A stretch of 63,414 nucleotides of DNA, filler included, from Bacteriovoracaceae bacterium (GTDB lineage: Bacteria; Bdellovibrionota; Bacteriovoracia; Bacteriovoracales; Bacteriovoracaceae), in the NCBI GenBank assembly GCA_018649885.1. It is 7 parts of 7 records of this genome, joined end to end, with 100 filler letters (N's around TTAATTAATTAA, not from the genome) between each part and the next. Parts side by side here need not be neighbours in the genome. Positions count along the whole stretch, not along the records: positions 1 to 15,496 come from JABIHA010000052.1; 6 more parts are not named here. One strand, given 5' to 3'. The notes under the pieces were generated by a model. That model saw only the letters and a list, made by a program, of their open reading frames with translations, did no database searches and was not told where the DNA came from. A program made the translations under genes and the position numbers. Shown piece after piece: positions 1 through 10,103 of the stretch; within the stretch, counting starts at the first letter, position 1; each line of letters starts with the position of its first letter.

Positions 1-139
1 TTATCAATAATCTCAACTTGCAGAAAGCTTGGTGTGAGTTTTTGGAAATACCTAGATGACCGAACTTCGACCCGCGGAGAACTTCCTTTTCTTGCCCAAA
101 CTATACGATCTCTTTAAAAACAGTATATTGGGCAGTTAC
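1..139 (+). mobile_element. Right end of an IS66-family element (transposase C-terminus 1..117 plus terminal IR), cut by the contig edge
   Basis: Frame +1 reads LSIISTCRKLGVSFWKYLDDR...RSL* (stop at 115-117), typical of the IS66 TnpC C-terminus. It is followed by GGGCAGTTAC ending at 139; IS66 ends read GTAA.../...TTAC. Not in the ORF track. Confidence 0.75.
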
Positions 140-243
140 GGGCTTAATGTCTATTTTTTGGACACGGTGGTAAATATGGAGGTGAGTATGTTACAAGTTC
201 ATCAATTTTCATATAATGTATTGAACTTATCAATGGAGGATAA

Positions 244-1044
244 ATGCTTTGGTTATTACTAGGTGGGCTACTGGCCTGTGGAATTCAAAACCTCGATAAC
301 ATCCCCTCCGTTGAAGAGTTCATAGCAAATATCAAATCAAACCCCAGCGATCAATTTATCATTGGTAATTTCTCCACCACAAATAGTGTCTCCTCAACGA
401 CTTCGTATGTTGGAACTAATGGAGGAGAATGCAATCATGAGGGAGCACATCTTTCTTTTAAGGACCAAGGCGCTGATTACACTGTTGAGATTGTGGCCCC
501 TCAAGATGGCTACGTAACCTACATAAGACCATGCAAAGAAAATAGAACCCATGATGAGACGGTATCTCCAGACGGAAATGACGCCTACGATATTTGGTTT
601 AGAATGGCAGACAATGGCTCAGGATTTAGCAGAGAATTTGTCGAGTTAGAGCTAAGTATTGAGCCCATGAAGGGAATTTTTTGCAGCGGAAGAGATGGAA
701 GTGCTGTGGATGAAGAATACTTTGTGAATGCTGGATATATCGATTCCAATCTCTATGAGAGCTATAATAAAAACGATGCTCCAGGCCTATTTTTTAAAAA
801 AAGTGAAGTCATCGGCAAAATGTTAGTCCCCGCAGGAAGTATGGACGCTACCCATATTCATTACAATCTTCGAGTAAAGAAAAAAGGTGAGGATGAGTAC
901 AAGGCATGTCCAAACTTATTTACAAGTGCTATCGAAAGCACTCAAATGAGTTACCGCCAAACTGAATCCAATCAGTGTGGACAGGACTTAACTCCCTATT
1001 CTTTTTGTGCTTTTCCAGGCGACGGAGAAGATCTCTTTAAGTAA
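244..1044 (+). CDS. Lipoprotein with a divergent M23-peptidase-like fold
   Basis: GGAGG RBS and LLAC lipobox. HEGAH, IVAPQDGYV and THIHYNL resemble the M23 HxGxD, V.A..dG.V and HxH motifs. Confidence 0.5.
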   Translation: MLWLLLGGLLACGIQNLDNIPSVEEFIANIKSNPSDQFIIGNFSTTNSVSSTTSYVGTNGGECNHEGAHLSFKDQGADYTVEIVAPQDGYVTYIRPCKENRTHDETVSPDGNDAYDIWFRMADNGSGFSREFVELELSIEPMKGIFCSGRDGSAVDEEYFVNAGYIDSNLYESYNKNDAPGLFFKKSEVIGKMLVPAGSMDATHIHYNLRVKKKGEDEYKACPNLFTSAIESTQMSYRQTESNQCGQDLTPYSFCAFPGDGEDLFK

Positions 1045-1050
1045 TTTTAG

Positions 1051-1518
1051 CTATGGTCTCCAAAATTTAATTTCGTCTTGTGGTACGCCTGATGAATCGG
1101 TAGTGGTTTTTTTCCCTACTATTTTAAGACCGCCATCTTTAATTTTGGAAGTCACAACCTGCCAAGCTGAATGATATGTAAAAATAGGATCATTAGATTT
1201 AGACTTAAATATCTTGATTGTTTGCCCATGGACTCCTTTAGTCCATGTGCTTACAAAATAGACCTCGCCTCTAATATCCACAGTGTACAGTTTTTTAAAT
1301 TTTGCATCATATGCTTTAGGTCTATGTAGTAAAATTGTCTTTGAATCCTTCAAAATATGAAGTTCATCAAAAACAAAACCCGATTTTTTAATTAACTGTT
1401 TGTTTAAAGAAATTTTGAACCTAGGATCCTGGGTCACTATTTTTTTCACAGTTAAAAGTTTGCCACTTACACCAAATGGCCAAACCAATAAAAAAATAAA
1501 AACATTCCAATTTATCAT
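1051..1518 (-). CDS. Hypothetical exported protein
   Basis: Hydrophobic N-terminus. The ATG at 1518 overlaps the upstream stop (ATGA). Confidence 0.55.
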   Translation of the reverse strand: MINWNVFIFLLVWPFGVSGKLLTVKKIVTQDPRFKISLNKQLIKKSGFVFDELHILKDSKTILLHRPKAYDAKFKKLYTVDIRGEVYFVSTWTKGVHGQTIKIFKSKSNDPIFTYHSAWQVVTSKIKDGGLKIVGKKTTTDSSGVPQDEIKFWRP

Positions 1519-3137
1519 AAGGTTCGATCCATACATACCACAGGATTATTCAAGTCTGGCTCCTCTTTAAAGCAACTCATACATCTATCAAACCTTCGCA
1601 AATAATCATCAGGGCTATCATGGTCATAAGATAGTACACCGTCTCTTAAATTTCCTGCAGTTTTGATTTTCTGATTGATAATATTGTACATGGCCTCCAT
1701 TTGAAGTGAGGGATCCTGGTATATTGCCTCCCAAACACCATCTCTTCTGGCCCTTGCTCGAGCTCGTTTTTCACTGGGCCATGTGTTGTCGAACTCCATA
1801 TGTGAATTAACAGATTCCTCTGTAAAATAAAAAGCACCATTGCAACGATTCTCTTTTCTATCATCACAAAATGAACTTCTTGTGATCATTCCAAATCCAT
1901 GGGCCGTACTTAGGGGCTCTCCTGGGCGCCGGTCGCAATAAGTATAATTGATGGCCTGTGGGTCAAAGTCTAACCCCCTTTGCCTTGTTTCAACTGCAGC
2001 GATACAAACTGGGACAAATTCATTGAGTGATGGAGTTAAGATGCTTGGGTCGTGTGCCAAATCGACGTAATTGAGGGATTTCATTTCCCGTTCTTTCTCT
2101 GAATAGTACTCAGTAACACCTTCAAGCATTTCAGTATCTGGAAACTGGGTCTGCACCAACTGAGAACACTTGGCAGGATACTGATCCTTTCTAATGCCAT
2201 TAAGCTCCCCTATATCGAGCATGGGAAGCATCTTAGCTTTAAAATCTTTCATAATAAGATTGATACTCTCCTCAATAAATCCACTCAAATATTTTCCACT
2301 GACACTGGATTCATAAATCCACTCGCTCATATTGTGAATAGTAGGCCTATTTTCAGGGTATCCATAAAGAGGGCCTTTAAACTGTTCAACCTTATAGCGG
2401 TTATAACCATCTTTGCCTTTGATAAATTGATCGTAGGCAATTTGGGGATCAAGAGGATTTTCCTCCATAAATTTTCGAATTTCACTTTGGTGAGCAGGCC
2501 GATCAGCTCTAGGGATATACGAAGTGAGTGAGTCTACCAAAGAATCAACTGTCTGCTTTTCCATGCTTCCCAAAAAAAACTTATAAAACCTTGGAGCCTG
2601 GCTGGCCTTAACGGAAGTACGAGAATCACTTGTGTACATACTTTGAAGTTCCACTAACTTTTGATCACAAGACATGCGGTGATCAATTTCAATACAAGGG
2701 GCACGCCTCATATATTCAATTTGCGACTCTAAAACTTTTTGGGCCTTATCAAAAATCAGCTTAGGTAGAATCTCTCTCATTTTTTCTTCACAATAATTAG
2801 AGACTCCCTCTTTTTTTAGCTGTGAGTAAGACGTCCTCGATAGCCTAAGGATTTCCCTGGCCCTTTCTGCTCGGTCCTTATCTTTCCATATGGAATGCTT
2901 ATCAAGCTCCTTTCCCACTTTGGACATGCACCCTTCCCCGGCCACAGATTTTGAAAACTGATCGATTTGATCAAGAGAAAGCTCACTCTCACTGGACTGG
3001 GGAATGAACAGCTCTACAACACTTCCATCACTAGTTGTATCAACACCTCTACAATAAGCGGGTATATCACCTTCATCAGCAGCGCCAAGCTCTGTTAATG
3101 TAAACAAAAGAAGTATTGTGATAGTGATTTTTTCCAC
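1515..3137 (-). CDS. Secreted Cys-rich protein with a C-terminal lysozyme/lytic-transglycosylase-like domain
   Basis: Signal peptide. CIAAVET and AHGFGMIT resemble the SLT catalytic Glu helix and the GxxQ-type motif. Confidence 0.5.
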   Translation of the reverse strand: MEKITITILLLFTLTELGAADEGDIPAYCRGVDTTSDGSVVELFIPQSSESELSLDQIDQFSKSVAGEGCMSKVGKELDKHSIWKDKDRAERAREILRLSRTSYSQLKKEGVSNYCEEKMREILPKLIFDKAQKVLESQIEYMRRAPCIEIDHRMSCDQKLVELQSMYTSDSRTSVKASQAPRFYKFFLGSMEKQTVDSLVDSLTSYIPRADRPAHQSEIRKFMEENPLDPQIAYDQFIKGKDGYNRYKVEQFKGPLYGYPENRPTIHNMSEWIYESSVSGKYLSGFIEESINLIMKDFKAKMLPMLDIGELNGIRKDQYPAKCSQLVQTQFPDTEMLEGVTEYYSEKEREMKSLNYVDLAHDPSILTPSLNEFVPVCIAAVETRQRGLDFDPQAINYTYCDRRPGEPLSTAHGFGMITRSSFCDDRKENRCNGAFYFTEESVNSHMEFDNTWPSEKRARARARRDGVWEAIYQDPSLQMEAMYNIINQKIKTAGNLRDGVLSYDHDSPDDYLRRFDRCMSCFKEEPDLNNPVVCMDRTL

Positions 3138-3242
3138 AGTCTAACTTCGAATCTTTGAGTACAAGAGTTTAGCTAATGAATCATTTAAAACAAGCACTTG
3201 AAAACTTTACCGCACGTTTTCACCCTAGTATCATTGGTTTGT

Positions 3243-4268
3243 ATGATAAAAAAACATCGGTTTTGGCTTAATCAATTTATGGAAAACCTCGCTCAGACCA
3301 ATAAGTCTAATCATACCATCATCAATTACCGTACTGATCTCGTTAAATTCATCCAGTGGTTTGAGTCTCACTATCCTGGACAGTTCCTCAATCTTTCACG
3401 CGCACCAGTTATAACGGCCTATCAAAGATTTCTGACAACAGGGAGTAACGACACTATTCCGGCACTGATAAGAGGTGAATCAAGGCCTGCAAGAAAGATA
3501 GGCCCTATTCGAAGATTTTTTCATTTCATTAAATCTAAGTTTAGTAGCAATAAGACAAGGCATCAAAAACTAAAACTGGGACTTTTAAATCAATACCGGT
3601 GCATACCACTGAGTACTAATTCCACCAAAAGACATCTTTCTTGTATCAAAAATTTCTATGAATTTTTAAAACAAAGTAATGAAGATATCAATGAACTCTT
3701 CCAGGTCAATCCTGTGAAATCAAAGCTTCATCACATAAAACTAAAAGATGCGGATATCTCCCACACCGTCTACTTACCACCGAGTGATTGGGATAAAATA
3801 GAAGATACGATCTATCGACCTGAGGATAGACTGCTGATGCACCTACTCTATTTTGGGGGACTGAGACTTGAAGAAGCAGCTAAATTAAAATTTGAAAACT
3901 TTAAAACCCATGGACAATTCCTCTCATTTATTAGAAAAGGCGGAAAAAGACATGAGCTGCATATTCAACATCGTGAAGACCTATTTAAAATAATCGAGCT
4001 CCATGAAAATTTCAGAAAACACCATGGCCCCTATCTATTTCTCACAAAAAAAGGTTTACCCCTGTCCACTAGAAGCTTAAGAGACAGAATTCATAAAATT
4101 ATTGAAAAATCGGGTTGCGTGACCAGAGGTCTAACTCCGCATAGCTTCAGAAAGGCCTGTGCCACAAATATGTACCTTTCAACAAAAGATCTTTTAAAAG
4201 TACGAGATTATATGGGACACGCAGACGCGCTTGTCACTCAGACCTATATCGATCCCAGCGCAATCTAA
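3243..4268 (+). CDS. XerC/XerD-like tyrosine recombinase
   Basis: N-terminal HTIINYRTDL. Catalytic motifs GLRLEE (R), RKGGK (K), HSFRK (HxxR), MGHAD (H) and TQTY (Y). Start placed at ATG 3243. Confidence 0.88.
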   Translation: MIKKHRFWLNQFMENLAQTNKSNHTIINYRTDLVKFIQWFESHYPGQFLNLSRAPVITAYQRFLTTGSNDTIPALIRGESRPARKIGPIRRFFHFIKSKFSSNKTRHQKLKLGLLNQYRCIPLSTNSTKRHLSCIKNFYEFLKQSNEDINELFQVNPVKSKLHHIKLKDADISHTVYLPPSDWDKIEDTIYRPEDRLLMHLLYFGGLRLEEAAKLKFENFKTHGQFLSFIRKGGKRHELHIQHREDLFKIIELHENFRKHHGPYLFLTKKGLPLSTRSLRDRIHKIIEKSGCVTRGLTPHSFRKACATNMYLSTKDLLKVRDYMGHADALVTQTYIDPSAI

Positions 4269-4269
4269 A

Positions 4270-4965
4270 TTAGGAAGCATTTTTAAAAGATTCGATTGAC
4301 TCCATAAAGACTTCTTTCAGAGTCACACTCTCCCCTTCCAGGTTTCGAACATAAAATTTCTGATATAGAAAAACCCCAATAAAAAGTCCAGCAACAAGAT
4401 CAATGACGTGATGCTGATGAACAAATAAAATGGACAGATCAATAGCAAAAGAAAGGATGTACCAAAAATATTTGAAAAAAGAAGTTTTACAGTTTCTAGC
4501 AAAGGGAAAGAGCATCAAAGTAGAGAAAATCACATGAAATGAAGGAAATAAATTATGAGGCTTATCGAGCACAAAGAGCATCTCATATAGTGGCGCCCAA
4601 ACACTGTTCACCGGAACTTCCCTGACAAAGCCAAGCTGTGTGGGGAGAAGAAGAAATATGGGCATGCAAATAAACAGAGAATTAGCGATAGATCTTGCCA
4701 GTAGACGTAGCTCTTTTTCATTTAATAAAATAGGGGCCATGAGTGGTGTTAAGTAAACGCTGACATAAAAAAACATCGTCCAGGTCAAAAATGGTATTTG
4801 GAGCTCATTATTTGTGTAAAGATGGTACACATCAGTGCGCGTGGAATTGAAGTAATTGCACGATAAGTAGATGAGTAAAAAGATTGCGACTGTTTTAGTC
4901 AACTCGACAGCAAACACCTTGTACCTGCTGAGTAACTGATCATTTAAAATTGGTCCTTCCATCAA
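4270..4965 (-). CDS. PAP2-superfamily membrane phosphatase/phosphotransferase
   Basis: Several TM segments. Motifs NLFPSFHV and HQHHVIDLVAG. Confidence 0.8.
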   Translation of the reverse strand: MMEGPILNDQLLSRYKVFAVELTKTVAIFLLIYLSCNYFNSTRTDVYHLYTNNELQIPFLTWTMFFYVSVYLTPLMAPILLNEKELRLLARSIANSLFICMPIFLLLPTQLGFVREVPVNSVWAPLYEMLFVLDKPHNLFPSFHVIFSTLMLFPFARNCKTSFFKYFWYILSFAIDLSILFVHQHHVIDLVAGLFIGVFLYQKFYVRNLEGESVTLKEVFMESIESFKNAS

Positions 4966-5150
4966 CTAATTATATCGAAAGTACTATCAAAACACCCGCT
5001 TACATCCCAAATAATGGAAATTTAGTGAGATAACTGATTCAAAAGTTGGGAAATTGGCCTAAATTTTGGCCATATTACTTAATTTAATAAACAAAAACCA
5101 CCTAGGAATCTGCGTGGCTATGTATAAGTATATTGTCTAAGAGATTTGGG

Positions 5151-5183
5151 CACACGGTATTCAAATCAATTAAATACCGTGTG
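5151..5183. terminator. Hairpin downstream of the lipoprotein gene
   Basis: Perfect 11-bp inverted repeat CACACGGTATT...AATACCGTGTG with no clear U-tract. Confidence 0.35.
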
Positions 5184-5193
5184 GATCTAAAAT

Positions 5194-5568
5194 TTACTTT
5201 GTTTTTTTATCTTTTTTATATTCTTCAGCACGTCTGACAAAATTGTCTCTCTTAGTGAAGTTATACCCTCTTCCTTCAAATCTTAATGGCCAGTAGATAA
5301 TAGCAGCTGGAGGCCAAAAGATTGAGGCCACTCTAAAATGCGACTTGATTTTGCCTTCATCTATGACTTGATTATTTTTTTCGATTCTGTAAGGAATTCC
5401 TGAAGAGCGGCTCCAGAAAAAGGGAGACCTGGTGTATTCACCGTACTCGGCTTCGGGAACAAGTCTTTCCTCTACATAGAGATCAGCGCCTTTAGGGACG
5501 ACGAAACTTGTAGTTGTACTACAGCCCACAAAAAATAAAACACCAAAAAATAGTACCAACTTTGTCAT
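5194..5568 (-). CDS. Hypothetical lipoprotein
   Basis: Lipobox FVGC after a hydrophobic stretch; AAGGAAG RBS. Confidence 0.75.
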   Translation of the reverse strand: MTKLVLFFGVLFFVGCSTTTSFVVPKGADLYVEERLVPEAEYGEYTRSPFFWSRSSGIPYRIEKNNQVIDEGKIKSHFRVASIFWPPAAIIYWPLRFEGRGYNFTKRDNFVRRAEEYKKDKKTK

Positions 5569-5626
5569 AAAACTTCCTTGTTAAAATTTTTCACAATTCT
5601 ATCCCACTGGAAGTGTGGTTGCCAAA

Positions 5627-6742
5627 TTATTTGACTCCAAGATCTGTGAAAGCACTTAGAAGGGTGTTCACATTTTTGATCCCTGCACTTTGTCCCATCA
5701 GACCAATTCTCCAGATTGTACCGGCGAATGGACCAAGCCCTGCACCGATTTCAATGCCGTAGCGTTGTAATAGCTCGCCTCGAAATTTGCCATCATCAAC
5801 ACCACTGGGGATCTTAACCGCATTTAGCTGGGGAAGCCTCTCGTTTTCAGGCACGATAAACTCTATTCCCCTACTCTCAAGTCCTGTCTTTAAAAGCTGA
5901 TGCATATCACTATGTCTTTTCCAGCTCGCCTCAAGGCCTTCTTCTAACAATAGACACAGGCTTTCATGAAGGGCATATATGGAATTAACAGGGGCGGTAT
6001 GATGATAAGAACGCTTGCCATCACTATTCCAATAATTCATCACCAAATTTAAATCTAAAAACCAGCTCTGAACTTTGCTTTTTCGATTTTTTATTTTAGA
6101 GGTGGCCTTATCACTAAATGTGACAGGAGACAGACCTGGCACACACGACATACATTTTTGTGTTCCTGAGTAGACAGCGTCCATCCCCCACTCATCAACC
6201 AAAACAGGAACTCCAGCTAGCGAGGTCACTGTATCAACGATGGAAATCATCTGATTTTTATCAGCTAACTGGCAAAGTTTCTTGGCATCACTTAGAGCGC
6301 CTGTGGAAGTTTCTGCGTGAACAAAGGCCAAGCAGCTAGCATCAGGGTGGTTGGCCATGGCCTGTTCAACTTTCTGAACATCTACTGCTCTACCCCAATC
6401 ATCTTTAACAATAATAGGAGTCCCCCCACAGCGAATGACATTTTCTTCCATCCGCATTCCAAAGACACCATTTTGGCAGACGATTACCTTATCTCCGGGC
6501 TCAACTAAATTGACAAAACAAGTCTCCATTCCTGCAGAGCCAGGCGCCGAAACAGGAAATGTCAGTTTGTTATCTGTTACAAATACTTTTTTGAGTTGAG
6601 ACTTTACCTCTTCCATAAGATCCACAAAAACAGGATCAAGGTGACCTATAGTGGGCATACTCATGGCCTGTAAAACTCTAGGGTGAATATCAGAGGGACC
6701 AGGTCCCATGAGAACTCTTGTAGGTGGGTAAAATCGATTCAT
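5627..6742 (-). CDS. Alanine--glyoxylate/serine--pyruvate aminotransferase (class V PLP)
   Basis: Motifs LMGPGPS, HAETSTG, DTVTSLAG, SGTQKC (PLP Lys), YHHTAPVN and WRIGLMG. GGAG RBS before ATG 6742. Confidence 0.93.
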   Translation of the reverse strand: MNRFYPPTRVLMGPGPSDIHPRVLQAMSMPTIGHLDPVFVDLMEEVKSQLKKVFVTDNKLTFPVSAPGSAGMETCFVNLVEPGDKVIVCQNGVFGMRMEENVIRCGGTPIIVKDDWGRAVDVQKVEQAMANHPDASCLAFVHAETSTGALSDAKKLCQLADKNQMISIVDTVTSLAGVPVLVDEWGMDAVYSGTQKCMSCVPGLSPVTFSDKATSKIKNRKSKVQSWFLDLNLVMNYWNSDGKRSYHHTAPVNSIYALHESLCLLLEEGLEASWKRHSDMHQLLKTGLESRGIEFIVPENERLPQLNAVKIPSGVDDGKFRGELLQRYGIEIGAGLGPFAGTIWRIGLMGQSAGIKNVNTLLSAFTDLGVK

Positions 6743-6799
6743 AGTCTCTCCGTTTTCTTTTGATATTATATTAAAAGACAAAGAGTCGTAAAACCAATT

Positions 6800-6825
6800 A
6801 AAAACGCCATGGACAGGCCATGGCG
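6800..6825 (-). terminator. Intrinsic terminator after aceA
   Basis: CGCCATGG-5 nt-CCATGGCG stem followed by TTTTT on the minus strand. Confidence 0.55.
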
Positions 6826-6853
6826 ATGGAAATAAGAATTTTAATAGGCCCTA

Positions 6854-8131
6854 TTATTTGGACTTATCAAATTGTGCTTCTTCTGTGGATCCTTCTAATG
6901 CAAGAGTTGATGCCTTGCCACCAGAGACGACTTTTGAGACAACATCGAAATATCCTGTCCCCACTTCTCTTTGATGTTTAGTAGCAGTGTACCCATGAAC
7001 TTCAGAAGCAAACTCTGCATCTTGAAGTCTAGAATAAGCGGCCATACCTTCTTCGCGGTAATTGCGAGCAAGCTCAAACATAGAGTAATTAAGTGCGTGA
7101 AAGCCAGCAAGAGTTACAAATTGAAATTTGTATCCCATAGCTCCTAACTCGCGTTGAAATTTAGCAATGGTCTGAGCGTCGAGATTTTTTCTCCAGTTAA
7201 ATGATGGTGAGCAGTTATAAGCAAGCTGCTTTCCTGGAAATTTATCTCTCACTGCTTCAGCAAATCTTTTGGCATCATCTAAATTAGGTGTGCTTGTTTC
7301 ACACCAAATAAGATCGGCATAAGGGGCGTAAGATAGGGCGCGATCAATGGCCGTATCAAATCCATTATTAATTCTAAAAAATCCCTCAGGTGTTCTGTCC
7401 CCTGTTAAAAATTTGTGATCTCTTTCATCAACATCACTTGTAATTAATTGGGCCGCCTCAGCGTCTGTTCTCGCCACTAAAATTGTGGGGACACCCATTA
7501 CATCAGATGCAAGTCTTGCAGCTGTTAGTGTTTTGATAAACTGAGAGGTAGGAACTAGTACCTTACCACCAAGGTGACCACATTTTTTCTCTGAGGCCAG
7601 TTGATCTTCAAAGTGAACTCCAGCGGCCCCTGACTCAATCATAGACTTCATCAGTTCGTAGGCATTAAGTGCTCCGCCAAATCCTGCTTCTGCATCTGCC
7701 ATAATCGGAACCATCCAGTCCCGTGTGACATTGCCTTCAGCATGTTCAACTTGGTCGGCCCTTTGAAGAGCATTATTAATTCTTTTAACAACAGCAGGTA
7801 CACTGTCAGCTGGGTACAAGCTTTGATCCGGATACATTTGGCCGGCCAAATTCGCGTCTGCGGCCACTTGCCATCCACTTAAGTAGACGGCCTTAAGACC
7901 TGCCTTAACTTGTTGAACAGCTTGATTACCTGTCAAGGCCCCAAGGGCATTAACGTAATCAGATTCCTTCATAAACTTCCAAAGGCTTTCTGCCCCTCGG
8001 CTAGCAAGCGTGTGCTCTATTTTAACACTTCCACGCAACCGTAGAACATCTTCAGGTTTATATGTTCTGGTGATTCCCTTCCACCGAGAATCTTCTTCCC
8101 AACTTTTTTTGATTGATTCCAATTCACTCAT
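6854..8131 (-). CDS. aceA: Isocitrate lyase
   Basis: Motifs [44 protein letters not shown] and [11 protein letters not shown]. Confidence 0.98.
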   Translation of the reverse strand: MSELESIKKSWEEDSRWKGITRTYKPEDVLRLRGSVKIEHTLASRGAESLWKFMKESDYVNALGALTGNQAVQQVKAGLKAVYLSGWQVAADANLAGQMYPDQSLYPADSVPAVVKRINNALQRADQVEHAEGNVTRDWMVPIMADAEAGFGGALNAYELMKSMIESGAAGVHFEDQLASEKKCGHLGGKVLVPTSQFIKTLTAARLASDVMGVPTILVARTDAEAAQLITSDVDERDHKFLTGDRTPEGFFRINNGFDTAIDRALSYAPYADLIWCETSTPNLDDAKRFAEAVRDKFPGKQLAYNCSPSFNWRKNLDAQTIAKFQRELGAMGYKFQFVTLAGFHALNYSMFELARNYREEGMAAYSRLQDAEFASEVHGYTATKHQREVGTGYFDVVSKVVSGGKASTLALEGSTEEAQFDKSK

Positions 8132-8188
8132 CATTCCCCTCCATAGAGATAAAAACAAAGAATATCTATAAATTCTTACTAATCTATA

Positions 8189-9889
8189 TTAAATGGCGTT
8201 TGCAGACCTTGTCATGTTCTCAGTGAATCCATCGTCTTCTTCTTTTTCTTCCTGGTCATTGTCGCCTGAAACAGTCAAGAAATCGCAAAGTGTATCACTA
8301 GTGAACAAAGCTTTTGCATCTTCAGAGGCCTTAACAAATTCTCTTTGCACTGCGAGTACTTGTTCATCAGACTTGCCAGACATGGTCGAGATAACCTCGT
8401 TACATATTCTTTCGAGTTCTTCATCGAAAATGCATTCTACGAGATTTTTTGTAACTCTTTCACCTGAGTCTAGTGCAATCTTGTGATGCAGCCACTGCCA
8501 AGTTTGGGCCCTTGAAATCTCTAGTGTGGCCAAATCTTCCATTAAACCGTCCCAAGAGACACATCCAATATCATTATTCCAACCACGGAGATAGGCGATG
8601 CCTACTCGAATATTCGTTCGAAGACCTTGCAGAGTGCGTGGTCCAGTACCATCCATGATTAGCTTTGGATATTTTGTGAAATCTTCTAGTTTCACATCCA
8701 GTTGATTTTTTTTGGTAAAGCATTCTCTGGCGATATCAATAAAGTAGGGATGAGAAACCCAACACCCATCGTGACCAAGTGTGGCCTCGCGAGTTTTGTC
8801 TTCAGTCACCTTCTTTGTTTGGAGCTGTCTAACATCAGCATCTTTTCCAGGTGTAAAAGAAGACATTCCACCGATGGCAAAAGCACCTCTGGCGTGACAA
8901 ATTTTAACTAGCCTTTTGGCGTAGTTATCCATCCAAAATTTATCCATATTTATGGTGGCACGATCAGCTGAGATTCGACGTGGATGATTTTTAAGAACTT
9001 TAATATCGCTAAATATTTTGTCCCATCTTCCCACATTCAGGCCAGCAGCGTGATCTCTCAGTTCAAATAAAATCTCTTCCATTTGAAAAGCGGCCGGTAG
9101 GGTTTCGATTAAAAAAGTGGCCCTAAGGGTTCCGATGCTGTGCTGATGATAATTTTCAAGCTTAGTGAAAAGATCATTCCACCACTCTGCTTCTAAAAAA
9201 TGCTCACATTTTGGAACGTAATACTTGGGGGTCTTTCCTCTTTCTATAAGAGTCTGTGATGTGTGAAAGTAGCAAGTGGCCAAGTCTAGTAGACCTGCTG
9301 ACGCTGGGCGTCCTTCAATGACTACATTGGTCTCATTCATATGAAGGCCTCTAACCCTCACCATGATTCCTGCCATATCTTTTGGATCAAGCCGGTAGTC
9401 TTTAAGGACTCTTCCAGTATCATCCACTTTTTGACAATTAATCGTAAGGTTACAAGCATCTATAACGTTGGTGTAACCACTAATAACATTATTCCAAGAG
9501 GGCTTCATGCTATCTTCAAAATCAAGCATCGCCATATCTGCGCGCACTCCTCTTTCATTAGCAGAGAGCATATTAATAACCATTTTAGTATCGTTAACAG
9601 GACCTGTTATCTCAACTCTTCTCTCTCTTAAGTCCAGAGGGACTTCACGAACACTCCAATCAGAGCGAGAGGCAATAGAATCATCCCCAATATACTCGGG
9701 TAACTTGCCTTGATCAAAGTGGCGTTGCCGAACTTTTCTGGTGGCCAGCAAATGAATTCTTCTGAGATTAAGTTTGTGATGTAGCCGCTTAAGGTGTCTG
9801 CAAAAATCCGGTGTGAAGACTCTCAAAACTTCATCCCGCCGAGTTTCCGTGTTTACCAGTACTCCTTCAATAATTTCTTCCATGCTCAT
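8189..9889 (-). CDS. aceB: Malate synthase A
   Basis: Motifs RRVEITGP, MLDFEDS, VRVRGLH, LIETLPAAFQMEEIL, GLNVGRWD, GHDGCWVSHP and LMEDLATLEISR. Confidence 0.96.
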   Translation of the reverse strand: MSMEEIIEGVLVNTETRRDEVLRVFTPDFCRHLKRLHHKLNLRRIHLLATRKVRQRHFDQGKLPEYIGDDSIASRSDWSVREVPLDLRERRVEITGPVNDTKMVINMLSANERGVRADMAMLDFEDSMKPSWNNVISGYTNVIDACNLTINCQKVDDTGRVLKDYRLDPKDMAGIMVRVRGLHMNETNVVIEGRPASAGLLDLATCYFHTSQTLIERGKTPKYYVPKCEHFLEAEWWNDLFTKLENYHQHSIGTLRATFLIETLPAAFQMEEILFELRDHAAGLNVGRWDKIFSDIKVLKNHPRRISADRATINMDKFWMDNYAKRLVKICHARGAFAIGGMSSFTPGKDADVRQLQTKKVTEDKTREATLGHDGCWVSHPYFIDIARECFTKKNQLDVKLEDFTKYPKLIMDGTGPRTLQGLRTNIRVGIAYLRGWNNDIGCVSWDGLMEDLATLEISRAQTWQWLHHKIALDSGERVTKNLVECIFDEELERICNEVISTMSGKSDEQVLAVQREFVKASEDAKALFTSDTLCDFLTVSGDNDQEEKEEDDGFTENMTRSANAI

Positions 9890-10103
9890 AATTTCTCCTT
9901 ATTTCCATTAAGGGGTTCTCTTTGATAGTTTGTGGCCAAAAATTATCGCTGTCAACGAATATCCGCTAAATGCCTTTTCCGCAACGTAGCGACCTGGCCC
10001 CTTTGATTTCCTATACTTCTGACGATATAAAGGACTGTAGCGCCCGGGTAATGTGGAAATATTTTTATGGGGACAAAATGCACTTTCAACAAGGTCTATT
10101 TAA

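Noticed and set aside
56..262. 68-aa ORF from the track
   Set aside because: It overlaps the IS66 transposase tail and terminal repeat in another frame and has no recognisable motif.
3243..4268. Integron integrase or prophage integrase
   Set aside because: No IntI-specific patch, attC array, att site or phage genes are visible nearby.
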